A stretch of 64,000 bases of DNA from an uncultured Alphaproteobacteria bacterium (GTDB taxonomy: Bacteria; Pseudomonadota; Alphaproteobacteria; HIMB59; GCA-002718135). Under the pieces are notes generated by a model. It saw only the letters and a list, made by a program, of their open reading frames with translations, searched no databases and was not told the origin of the DNA. Below are positions 25,061 to 34,074 of the stretch, piece by piece (position 1 is the stretch's first letter; every line of letters begins with the position of its first letter). The stretch is from contig CACGZD010000001.1 in assembly GCA_902577425.1 (NCBI GenBank), positions 318,414 to 382,413 of the forward strand, given 5' to 3'. The translations under genes were made by a program, and so were the position numbers.

Positions 25061-26692
25061 TTAAATCTCCTTTGCCTTTTTCCTTAGTTCAAATTTTTGT
25101 ATTTTTCCCGTCGAAGTCTTTGGTAGTTCACCAAAGATAACATATTTTGGCCTCTTAAATCCAGCCATATTTTCTTTACAAAATGAAATTATTTCATCTG
25201 AAGTAGCTTCTTTTCCCGGAGCTAATTCAACAAAAGCGCAGGGAGTTTCTCCCCATTTTTCATCAGGTTTTGCCACAACAGCGACTAATGAGACAGCAGG
25301 GTGTTTAGCCACTACATTCTCTACTTCTACCGATGAAATGTTTTCCCCACCAGATATAATGATATCTTTTGAACGATCTTTGATTTGAATATATCCGTCT
25401 GGATAAACAACCGCTAAATCGCCCGAATGAAACCAGCCATTTCTCATAGATAATTCAGTAGCTTCTTTATTTTTATAATACCCTTTCATTACAACATTTC
25501 CTCTAATAAGAATTTCACCCATTGTTTTTCCATCTTTAGGAACGGGGATATGTGTCTCAGGATCTGCAACTACTGCTTCTTCAAGGTTTGGATATCGTAC
25601 TCCTTGTCTTGCATTTAAATCTGCTTTTTCACTATTTGAAAGATTATTCCATTCTTCATTCCATGCACATTGTAAAACATGACCATAAGTTTCCGTTAAT
25701 CCATAAACATGCATAACTTCAAATCCTAAGTTATCCATTTTTTCTAAAATGGCACTTGTTGGGGGAGCTCCTGCAGTTAGGACATAAATTTTATGATTGA
25801 TTTCTTTTTTATCTTTTTCTTCAGCATTGGCTATTAAATTTAATACTATAGGGGCACCACCAAAATGAGTTACTTTGTGTTTATCAATTAAATTATAAAT
25901 GTCTTTGGCAACTATGTATCTACAACATACGACTTTGGCATGTACTAAAGCTGCAGTCCAAGGATAACCCCATCCATTACAATGGAACATTGGAACAGTT
26001 GCTAGATATGTGAGCTTGTTTGTCATATTCCAAGCTGTCACACTTCCTGTGGACATTAAGTAGGAGCCTCTGTGATGATATACAACGCCTTTTGGCTTTC
26101 CTGTTGTCCCTGAGGTGTAACTTAACGAAATTGCTTGCCATTCATCTTTTGGTAAAGACCAGTTAAAATTATCTTCACCTGTTTTTAAAAATTCTTCATA
26201 TGTCCAATCTCCAATTTTTTCTCCTTCTCCATCTTTAAAGATTGCTTGATCATCATGAATATCAATTATGGGAATTTTTTTTCCATAAATACTAAGTGCC
26301 TTTTTAATAGTTGGAGAAAACTGAGTATCTGTAATTAATATCTTAGCATCACTATGGTCTAAAATATAGGCAATAGTTTCTGCATCAAGTCGTGTATTGA
26401 TTGTATTTACTACGCCACCCGTCATGGGAATAGAATAATGTGCTTCTAATAATTCTGGTGTATTTGCTGCTATAATAGAAACGGTACTGCCAAAACCAAT
26501 ACCTAGCTTGTTCAACGCACTAGCAAATTTTGTACAACGGTTATATGTTTGAAGCCATGTGTAACTTCTATTGCCATAAACTACTGACTCATAATTTGGA
26601 TAAATATCTTTAGCACGTGTAATAAAACTCAATGGAGATAAGGGAATATAATTAGCTTTATTTTTATCAAGACCTGTTGAAAATTGATTCAT
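25061..26692 (-). CDS. AMP-forming acyl-CoA synthetase (short/medium-chain type)
   Basis: AMP-binding motif YTSGTTGKPKGV, then YGLTET and a C-terminal SGGENISS...TSTGKIQK. The ATG at 26692 (MNQFSTGLDK) is preferred over the upstream TTG at 26776. The stop lies 1 nt from the metY start. Confidence 0.85.
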   Translation of the reverse strand: MNQFSTGLDKNKANYIPLSPLSFITRAKDIYPNYESVVYGNRSYTWLQTYNRCTKFASALNKLGIGFGSTVSIIAANTPELLEAHYSIPMTGGVVNTINTRLDAETIAYILDHSDAKILITDTQFSPTIKKALSIYGKKIPIIDIHDDQAIFKDGEGEKIGDWTYEEFLKTGEDNFNWSLPKDEWQAISLSYTSGTTGKPKGVVYHHRGSYLMSTGSVTAWNMTNKLTYLATVPMFHCNGWGYPWTAALVHAKVVCCRYIVAKDIYNLIDKHKVTHFGGAPIVLNLIANAEEKDKKEINHKIYVLTAGAPPTSAILEKMDNLGFEVMHVYGLTETYGHVLQCAWNEEWNNLSNSEKADLNARQGVRYPNLEEAVVADPETHIPVPKDGKTMGEILIRGNVVMKGYYKNKEATELSMRNGWFHSGDLAVVYPDGYIQIKDRSKDIIISGGENISSVEVENVVAKHPAVSLVAVVAKPDEKWGETPCAFVELAPGKEATSDEIISFCKENMAGFKRPKYVIFGELPKTSTGKIQKFELRKKAKEI

Positions 26693-26747
26693 GAAAGTGT
26701 TTATAGCATTAAAAAAAATAATTAAAATCCCTAGTGAAGAATATGAA

Positions 26748-29054
26748 TTAATTAAATAGAGGTTTACCTGTATCAAGAGTATGTCGGATACGCTCTTGTG
26801 TTGATTTTTGCTTTATTAAATCAATGAAAATTTCTCTCTCAAGATCATATAAATCTTGTTCAGTTAATATAGCTGAAGGATTTGTTTCTCCACCACTCAA
26901 CATATATCCAAGTTTTTTACCAACTTCTATGCCGTGTTCACCTATCACTTTTTTATCTTTCAATTCATTCAAAATATCTAGCATTTCAGACATAATAGTT
27001 GGTCCAGGCAAGGTAAATGAAGCGCTCTCTAATGCTTTATAGTTTTCTTTATTAGCAAAAATAATATTATCTGCTTCTTCTATTAAGCGATCTCTACTCA
27101 TTACCATTATGTCTTGATCACCTAAAAATTGTTTAGCCTTTGCTTTTGAAGGAGAGTCAACAGTTGTAGCATAACCAATTAAATTAAAAACTTTAAGGGA
27201 CAATAATTTTGGATCATTTTTAATTTCAGGATGATTAGACCAACGTCTTAACATTTCTTTACATCCCCCACCTGCAGGAATGAGTCCTACAAGAGTCTCA
27301 ACTAAACCTAAAACAGAATTGGAATGTGCTGCTACAAAACTAGTTTGTGATACAACCTCATAACCACCACCAATTGCTAAACCAGAAGGACAAGATATAA
27401 CAGGAAAAGTTGCATGCTGTAATTGGTAAAGAGATTGTTGAAAATTATTAAGAAAGAGATCAATTTCATTAAATTTTTTACTCACTGCTTTATCATAAAA
27501 ATAATTTAAGTTTACTCCTGCAGAAAATTGCATTGCATCATTTGCAAGAACAATCCCATCATATTTTTCGTTACATAAATCATAAGCTTTATTTAAGCAG
27601 TCATTTGTTAATCCATCGAGAGCATTTGCTTTAGTATGAAATTCAACACAAATAAATCTTGAGCTACCTTGAACTTCCCAAATAGATGCTGAAGAGTTAT
27701 TAAAAAGGGGAGAAGATGATTTTTTAATGTCTGATAAATTTATTACACCTTTTGCTCTTTGCATTGGTACATAAGATTTTTTTGGATGAAAATAATGTAA
27801 TGAGCTCTCAGCAACACTAAATAGTGATTTTTTTTGATCAAGAAGTTGTTTGATAAAAGGAGGGATTTTGTCATCTTTACCAAGTTTTGAAATAAAATTT
27901 ATAATTCCAATTTCATTAAGTATTTCAAAAGGGCCCTTTGACCAATTAAATCCACACTTCATTGCATCATCAATATCATTAAAATTTTCTGTGACATCGG
28001 GCACTAAACTTGACGCATATAAAATTGTTTTTTTCATAATAGACCATGCGTATTTTCCATAGACATCTTCTCTATTTAAAACCTTGTTAATATCCATTAC
28101 TTCAGGAAGCTTTAAATTTACTTTTTTTGATTCACTATAAGTGTAATTATTATAATTTAGAGACTCTAAAACTTTTGTTCCTGATGATTTGTTCATTCGA
28201 AAGAATCCCCCTTTTCCTTTTCTTCCTGTGTAACCATCATCAATAAGCTTTTTTATAATTGGTAGCTCAGTTCCTACTTGATGAAAAGAATCGCTGGTAG
28301 GCAATTCCTTTATAAAACTTTTTAAAACATCAGACATTAGATCAATGCCAATTAAATCATATAAACCAAATATTCCTGTTTTAGGAATGCCAAGTGGTCT
28401 TCCAAATACTGCATCAGCTTCTTCAACGCTAAGTCCAAGATTAAAAGCCTCAGTCATTGCAACTTGCATTGCATAAACACCTACACGGTTTCCTAAAAAG
28501 CCTGGTGAGTCCTTACAAACAACAACTGTCTTGCCTAGTATCTTGTCTCCAAATGTAACTAGATCACTTATTTTTTCTTTGTCATTTTGTGTACCAATAA
28601 CTAATTCAAGTAATCGCATATAACGTACTGGATTAAAAAAATGTGTGATACAAAAAACTTTTTTCATCTCATCTGACATATCCTCAGCTAGAACTTTAAG
28701 TGGGATAGACGATGTATTTGATGATACTAGTGCTCCAGGTTTGCGCAAATTATCAATTTTAGAATAGATTGATTTTTTTATATCTATTCTCTCTACAACT
28801 GCTTCAACAACCCAATCTGCTTCTTTTATTTTATCAATATCATTTTCTATACTTCCAGGAATAATTTTAGTTAAACAATCATCTTCCATTAATAATGGAG
28901 GTCTGGAATTTTTAATTCGTTCACATGCTCCTATAGCAATATCTTTTGTTAAATCTAGTAAATGAACTTGTAAACCTGCATTTGCAACTTGAGCAGCAAT
29001 TCCACTACCCATAGTGCCAGAGCCAATTACAACAACTTTTGATATTTTCATCAT
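26748..29054 (-). CDS. bifunctional 3-hydroxyacyl-CoA dehydrogenase / enoyl-CoA hydratase, FadN-type domain order (dehydrogenase N-terminal)
   Basis: About 768 aa from MMKISKVVVIGSGTMGSGIA (NAD motif). The C-terminal crotonase-like domain has FSAGVNL and GLAIGGGYEV. The ORF-track N-terminal extension (29055-29195) overlaps the argH start and is rejected. Confidence 0.85.
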   Translation of the reverse strand: MMKISKVVVIGSGTMGSGIAAQVANAGLQVHLLDLTKDIAIGACERIKNSRPPLLMEDDCLTKIIPGSIENDIDKIKEADWVVEAVVERIDIKKSIYSKIDNLRKPGALVSSNTSSIPLKVLAEDMSDEMKKVFCITHFFNPVRYMRLLELVIGTQNDKEKISDLVTFGDKILGKTVVVCKDSPGFLGNRVGVYAMQVAMTEAFNLGLSVEEADAVFGRPLGIPKTGIFGLYDLIGIDLMSDVLKSFIKELPTSDSFHQVGTELPIIKKLIDDGYTGRKGKGGFFRMNKSSGTKVLESLNYNNYTYSESKKVNLKLPEVMDINKVLNREDVYGKYAWSIMKKTILYASSLVPDVTENFNDIDDAMKCGFNWSKGPFEILNEIGIINFISKLGKDDKIPPFIKQLLDQKKSLFSVAESSLHYFHPKKSYVPMQRAKGVINLSDIKKSSSPLFNNSSASIWEVQGSSRFICVEFHTKANALDGLTNDCLNKAYDLCNEKYDGIVLANDAMQFSAGVNLNYFYDKAVSKKFNEIDLFLNNFQQSLYQLQHATFPVISCPSGLAIGGGYEVVSQTSFVAAHSNSVLGLVETLVGLIPAGGGCKEMLRRWSNHPEIKNDPKLLSLKVFNLIGYATTVDSPSKAKAKQFLGDQDIMVMSRDRLIEEADNIIFANKENYKALESASFTLPGPTIMSEMLDILNELKDKKVIGEHGIEVGKKLGYMLSGGETNPSAILTEQDLYDLEREIFIDLIKQKSTQERIRHTLDTGKPLFN

Positions 29055-29165
29055 TTTTTTCTTGAGGCTTATATAGAAAAAATCACAAATCTCACTATTT
29101 GTAATGAAAATAATTAGCGTATTAGAGTGGAAATTATAGTAAATATCTTCTAATAGGCCCACAAA

Positions 29166-30548
29166 ATGAAAAAGAACCCTGCAAGAAATGTCCATTTAGT
29201 AAAAGGACCTACTAACTTATTAGAGAAAATTAATCTTTCCATAGATGTTGATTCTCGTCTTTATAAAGAAGATATTGAAGCATCTATAGCTCATGTAAAA
29301 ATGCTTTCTAAAACAAAAATAATTTCATCTTCTGAAGGAAAAATAATATTAAAAGGTCTTAATAATATTTTAAAAGATATTGAAAAAGGAAAAATAAAAT
29401 TTTCAAATAAGCATGAGGATATTCATATGAATATTGAAGCTCTCTTATTTAAAAAAGTTGGTAATGTAGCAGGTAAATTACATACTGCTAGATCTCGAAA
29501 TGATCAAGTAGTTACTGATTTTAAGCTATGGATTAGAGAAAATTCAAATAATATAGATAAATTATGTAAAAATTTTCAAAAAATTTTGATCAATGTTGCC
29601 AAAAAAAATATTTCTTCAGTAATGCCTGGTTATACACATCTCCAAATTGCACAACCAATCACATTAGCTCATCATCTTTTAGCTTATGTAGAAATGATAG
29701 GACGTGACAGAGAAAGAATAAAAGATTGTGTTAATAGACTCAATGAAAATCCACTTGGCAGTGGCGCTTTGGCTGGCACCTCTTTTCCTATAGATCGTTT
29801 AATGACTTCTAAAATTTTGGGTTTTAATAGACCAACTAGTAATTCAGTTGATAGTGTTTCAGATAGAGATTTTGTAATAGAGTTTTTGTTTTGCCTGACA
29901 CTAATAAGTGTTCATTTATCGAGATTAGCTGAAGAAATAATTATTTGGTCAAGCCAACAATATAATTTTATTAAACTCCCAGATGAAATAGCAACAGGAA
30001 GCTCAATTATGCCACAAAAGAAAAATCCTGATGGCGCAGAATTAGTAAGGGCTCAAGCAGCAACTACTATTGGAAATTTGAATTCATTGTTAGTTTTATT
30101 AAAAGGCTTGCCTATGACATATAGTAAAGATCTTCAAAAAGATAAACAAATAACTTTTGATAGCTTCGATACTGTTCATCTTGGACTAAATGTAATGTCA
30201 GAAATAATAGATAAAGCTAAATTTAATATAAAAAGTATGAGAGAGGCTGCTGACTTTTCTTATGCAACTGCAACTGATTTAGCTGATTGGCTTGTTAGAT
30301 ATCTTAAGTATACTTTTCGAGATGCATATAAAATAACAGGTAAAATTGTTGCTTATGCTGAAAAAAATAACAAAATGCTTAATGAACTAAAATTAATAGA
30401 TTTTCAAAAATTTGATAAAAAAATCAATAAAAATATTTTTACAGTTCTTTCATCAATTAATAGTGTAAAAAGTAAAAAAAGTTATGGTGGAACATCTCCA
30501 GAAAATGTTAAAAAATCTATTTCTAAAGCAATAAAAAAATATTTATGA
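29166..30548 (+). CDS. argH: argininosuccinate lyase
   Basis: 460 aa with the fumarate-lyase signature GSSIMPQKKNPD and the TARSRNDQV motif. Confidence 0.9.
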   Translation: MKKNPARNVHLVKGPTNLLEKINLSIDVDSRLYKEDIEASIAHVKMLSKTKIISSSEGKIILKGLNNILKDIEKGKIKFSNKHEDIHMNIEALLFKKVGNVAGKLHTARSRNDQVVTDFKLWIRENSNNIDKLCKNFQKILINVAKKNISSVMPGYTHLQIAQPITLAHHLLAYVEMIGRDRERIKDCVNRLNENPLGSGALAGTSFPIDRLMTSKILGFNRPTSNSVDSVSDRDFVIEFLFCLTLISVHLSRLAEEIIIWSSQQYNFIKLPDEIATGSSIMPQKKNPDGAELVRAQAATTIGNLNSLLVLLKGLPMTYSKDLQKDKQITFDSFDTVHLGLNVMSEIIDKAKFNIKSMREAADFSYATATDLADWLVRYLKYTFRDAYKITGKIVAYAEKNNKMLNELKLIDFQKFDKKINKNIFTVLSSINSVKSKKSYGGTSPENVKKSISKAIKKYL

Positions 30549-30736
30549 TAAAAAACTTTTTCATCGTTATTCCAATGCTTTTTTTAATATCTAGTTGTGG
30601 AAAAGTTGGACCTCTTGCATTGCCAGAAGAAGAGTTAGACAAATCAATAATTACATATCCTTGTGATGAAATATGCATGGAAAAATTTGAAGCTGAAAAA
30701 CAAAGACAGCAATCCGTTATTTTGCAAACAGACTAA
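30545..30736 (+). CDS. small lipoprotein, LptM/YifL-like
   Basis: 63 aa with lipobox LISSC followed by GKVGPLALP, in the conserved position immediately upstream of lysA. The ATGA overlaps argH. Confidence 0.55.
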   Translation: MIKNFFIVIPMLFLISSCGKVGPLALPEEELDKSIITYPCDEICMEKFEAEKQRQQSVILQTD

Positions 30737-31980
30737 TGGATATTCTTTTTAATAATAATAGGCCCTTTATCGAGGGAGTGAGTATTGATGAAATTACAAA
30801 ATCTTTTTCCACTCCATTGTATATATATTCTCAAAAAAAAATTGAAGAGGCATATAATAATCTAAAAGAAAATTTAGGAGTAGAAATTTTTTATGCGGTA
30901 AAAGCAAACTCAAATTTAGCTATTTTAAAATTACTAAATAATTGTGGCTCAGGTTCAGACACAGTATCTGCTGGAGAAATTCAAAGGTCTATTAAAGCCG
31001 GATTCAATCCTAATAAAATAATTTATGAAGGTGTTGGTAAGTCAAAAGAAGATATAGAATATGCTATTATTAATAATATTCGTTTAATTAACGCTGAGTC
31101 TTTTAATGAACTTGTACTAATAAATAAAATAGCAAAAAATTTAAATAAAACTGTTAGTGTTGGTATTCGTCTTAATCCTGATATTGATAGTCTAACTTTA
31201 AGCAAAATTTCTACTGGTAAAAAAACTGATAAATTTGGAATTCCTATCAATGAGTTAAATAATATTTTATCTGCAATGGAATCACTAAATAATATTAAAT
31301 TAAAAGGATTAAGTTGCCATGTAGGAAGTCAAATTAGTGAAATGATAATTTTTGAAAAGGTATTTAATGCTATGAAAGAAGCTGCTTCACTCTCAATATC
31401 CAAAGAAATAGATATTGAATATGTTGATTTAGGTGGAGGTTTTGCTGTTAATTATAATAAAAAAATAAATGATTTAAATATTAAAGAAATAGGAAGACTT
31501 ACTAGTTCTATTTTTAAAGATGTTCCTTATAAAATTTCTTTTGAACCAGGAAGGTATCTGGTGGCAAAAGCAGGAATTATCATTACAAAAATTTTAAATA
31601 TTAAAGAAAATGGTGGTATAAACTTTATAATTACTGATGCTGGTATGCACACTTTAATTAGACCAGCTATGTATAATTCAGTTCATCAGATTGAAGCCTT
31701 AGATCAATCAAGTAATAAAAAGATAAATTATACAGTAGCAGGTCCAATTTGTGAAAGTTCAGATATCCTTGCTAAAGATATAGTTTTGTCAGAACAAAAA
31801 GAAAATAATTTTTTATTCATACATGATACTGGTGCTTATGGAGTCGCTATGGCATCTGATTATAATTCTAGGGGTTTGCCAAATGAATTACTAATTAATG
31901 AAGACAAATATTCTATAATTCATGCAGAAGAAAAAACTTCAGATATAATGGTACGAGACTTAATTCCTGATTGGCTTTAA
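30736..31980 (+). CDS. lysA: diaminopimelate decarboxylase
   Basis: 414 aa with the PLP lysine motif YAVKAN, plus GGGF and EPGRYLVA motifs. Confidence 0.9.
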   Translation: MDILFNNNRPFIEGVSIDEITKSFSTPLYIYSQKKIEEAYNNLKENLGVEIFYAVKANSNLAILKLLNNCGSGSDTVSAGEIQRSIKAGFNPNKIIYEGVGKSKEDIEYAIINNIRLINAESFNELVLINKIAKNLNKTVSVGIRLNPDIDSLTLSKISTGKKTDKFGIPINELNNILSAMESLNNIKLKGLSCHVGSQISEMIIFEKVFNAMKEAASLSISKEIDIEYVDLGGGFAVNYNKKINDLNIKEIGRLTSSIFKDVPYKISFEPGRYLVAKAGIIITKILNIKENGGINFIITDAGMHTLIRPAMYNSVHQIEALDQSSNKKINYTVAGPICESSDILAKDIVLSEQKENNFLFIHDTGAYGVAMASDYNSRGLPNELLINEDKYSIIHAEEKTSDIMVRDLIPDWL

Positions 31981-32405
31981 TTTATTAATTGATGAATTAT
32001 TTTTGCAATATCATTAATGATCATATTTAGATTAAAAAAAAACTCATTTATATAAAACTGTATAAGAACTAATGAATTAATATTTGACTTTTGATAAAAC
32101 CAGTAAAAAATAATTAATAAAATAACAAATAAAACTAACAAAATAGAATTTAAAATACTTACTTTTGGCTCTTGAACATAGGTTGATGGAAGATTTGAAA
32201 TAGATGTTTTGTTTTTTTCTTGCTTTAAAGAGCTGCCATCATTTACTTCGGAAATTAGATTATCTTTAGAATTATCATCAAAAACTTGACTCTCTTGAAA
32301 CCATTGATTTCCACAATTAGCACATTGAACATTTCTGCCATCTGGCTTCAATTCAGCTGAATTAACAAGGTATTTAGAATTACAAGAATTACATGAAATC
32401 AACAT
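31977..32405 (-). CDS. MJ0042-type zinc-ribbon protein with C-terminal TM segment
   Basis: 142 aa with N-terminal CNSCNSKY...VQCANCGNQW and a later hydrophobic helix (ILNSILLVLFVILLIIFYWF). Confidence 0.6.
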   Translation of the reverse strand: MLISCNSCNSKYLVNSAELKPDGRNVQCANCGNQWFQESQVFDDNSKDNLISEVNDGSSLKQEKNKTSISNLPSTYVQEPKVSILNSILLVLFVILLIIFYWFYQKSNINSLVLIQFYINEFFFNLNMIINDIAKIIHQLIN

Positions 32406-32462
32406 AATTTAAATTTATAATATATATTCATTTAAACATAACATATAAAATAAAATCTAGTA

Positions 32463-33161
32463 ATGTTTGCAAGATCAATTCTTTTTTATCTTTTATTGGG
32501 TATATGGACTATTTTTATGGGGATAGCTTGTCTTCCTTATTTTATTTTACCTTTTGCTTATCTTAGGCAACCAGTAAAAATTTGGATATCAGGTATTTTT
32601 TTATTACTAAAAAATATTTGCCAAATAACTCATGAGTTACACGGAAAAGAGAATATACCTTTACATTCTGTTCTAATAGCTTCAAAACACCAATCGGCTT
32701 TCGAAACTTTCGCTTTATTTTATTATATTCCAAATTCTATCTTTATTCATAAGAAACAACTTTTCTTAATTCCAATATTTGGTCAATATTTAAAAAAAAT
32801 AAATATGATCTCTATAGATCGTCAAAAAGGAATCAGCGCAATTCGATCAATGATGATAAATGCAAAAAAAAAATTAAATGATGGATATTCAATAATTATA
32901 TTTCCTGAAGGTACTAGAAAAAAACCAGGTGATAAACCTGATTATAAATCAGGATTTATAGCAATCTATAATGAAATGAAAACCAAGATACTCCCTGTTG
33001 CTCTAAACTCAGGTAATTGTTGGCCAAAAAATACTTTTATTCTAAAGCCCGGACATATTATTATTAAGATCATGCCCTTAATTGAAGAAAATTTAAAAAA
33101 AAATGAAATTTTATCTAATCTACAAACAGTTATAGAAAATGAAACAAATAAAATTATTTAG
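32463..33161 (+). CDS. plsC: 1-acyl-sn-glycerol-3-phosphate acyltransferase
   Basis: 232 aa with SKHQSAFE (HX4D/E block) and FPEGTR, plus an N-terminal TM helix. Confidence 0.8.
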   Translation: MFARSILFYLLLGIWTIFMGIACLPYFILPFAYLRQPVKIWISGIFLLLKNICQITHELHGKENIPLHSVLIASKHQSAFETFALFYYIPNSIFIHKKQLFLIPIFGQYLKKINMISIDRQKGISAIRSMMINAKKKLNDGYSIIIFPEGTRKKPGDKPDYKSGFIAIYNEMKTKILPVALNSGNCWPKNTFILKPGHIIIKIMPLIEENLKKNEILSNLQTVIENETNKII

Positions 33162-34074
33162 TTTTTTTAGATTCTGTTGGATCAAAAGTTCCTGCTTGTC
33201 CAATTTCTTCAATAACTTTTCTTATTTCCCTAGTTGAACTAAATGTTTTTTCTAAATAAGATGCATCATTGTTTCTTATTGCTTTTTGCAAGGTAGATAA
33301 ATCTTCGGTAAATCTTCCTAACATTTCTAAAACTGCCTCTTTATTTTTCGCATAAACATCACGCCACATAATAGGATCACTACCTGCTAATCTTGTAAAA
33401 TCTCTAAAGCCTGCTGCTGAATATTTAATTACTTCCTCCTTTAAATGAGATTCTAATTCAGATGCTGTAGCTACTATAGAATATGCGATTAATTGAGGAA
33501 TATGTGAAGTCATTGCCAAAACTCTATCATGATGTTCTGCATCCATACTTTGTACCTCCATACCTAATGAATTCCAAAATTTGATAATTTGATCTATTGA
33601 ATTTTGGTCATTATTTTTTGGTGTCATAATGCAAAATCTATTTTCAAATAATTTAGCGAATCCATATTCTGGTCCACTTTTTTCTAATCCAGCTATGGGA
33701 TGGCACGGAACAAATTTTATATGATGATTATTTTTTAATTCTTCAAAATCTCTTATAGTGCTCATTTTAGTTGATCCTACATCAGTAACAAGCGTATCTT
33801 GATTTAAATATTGCTCAAGTTGAAAAAATATTTCTTTATACGTACTTAAAGGAGAACAAATTATAATTAAATCTGTTTGTTCTTTTAAATCTTCTAAATT
33901 TTTTTCTCCTTTAGATATAATTTTTAGATTTAAACATTTTTTTATATTTTCCTCATTGATATCTATTCCATATATTGTTTTTGAAACTTCTTTTTCCCTT
34001 ATTGCTCTAGCTAAAGAAGAGCCAATTAAACCTAAGCCAATAATAACAACTGATTTAAAATTTATATTTGTCAC
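33154..34074 (-). CDS. tyrC: prephenate/arogenate (cyclohexadienyl) dehydrogenase
   Basis: 306 aa with the NAD motif IIGLGLIGSS and a TyrA-family core (DVGSTK, CHPIAG). It overlaps hisC by 4 nt. Confidence 0.8.
   Translation of the reverse strand: MTNINFKSVVIIGLGLIGSSLARAIREKEVSKTIYGIDINEENIKKCLNLKIISKGEKNLEDLKEQTDLIIICSPLSTYKEIFFQLEQYLNQDTLVTDVGSTKMSTIRDFEELKNNHHIKFVPCHPIAGLEKSGPEYGFAKLFENRFCIMTPKNNDQNSIDQIIKFWNSLGMEVQSMDAEHHDRVLAMTSHIPQLIAYSIVATASELESHLKEEVIKYSAAGFRDFTRLAGSDPIMWRDVYAKNKEAVLEMLGRFTEDLSTLQKAIRNNDASYLEKTFSSTREIRKVIEEIGQAGTFDPTESKKTK

Noticed and set aside
26693-26776. Upstream TTG-initiated extension of the acyl-CoA synthetase ORF, and the similar extension of the FadN-like ORF (29055-29195)
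   Set aside because: The extensions are hydrophobic or low-complexity. They overlap the neighbouring gene ends (the FadN stop, the argH start). The conserved N-termini start at the internal ATGs.
29085-29102. Inverted repeat ACAAAT-N6-ATTTGT in the divergent FadN-like/argH promoter region, considered as an operator
   Set aside because: The arms are only 6 bp in AT-rich DNA, which is expected by chance many times. It matches no known consensus that I can name.
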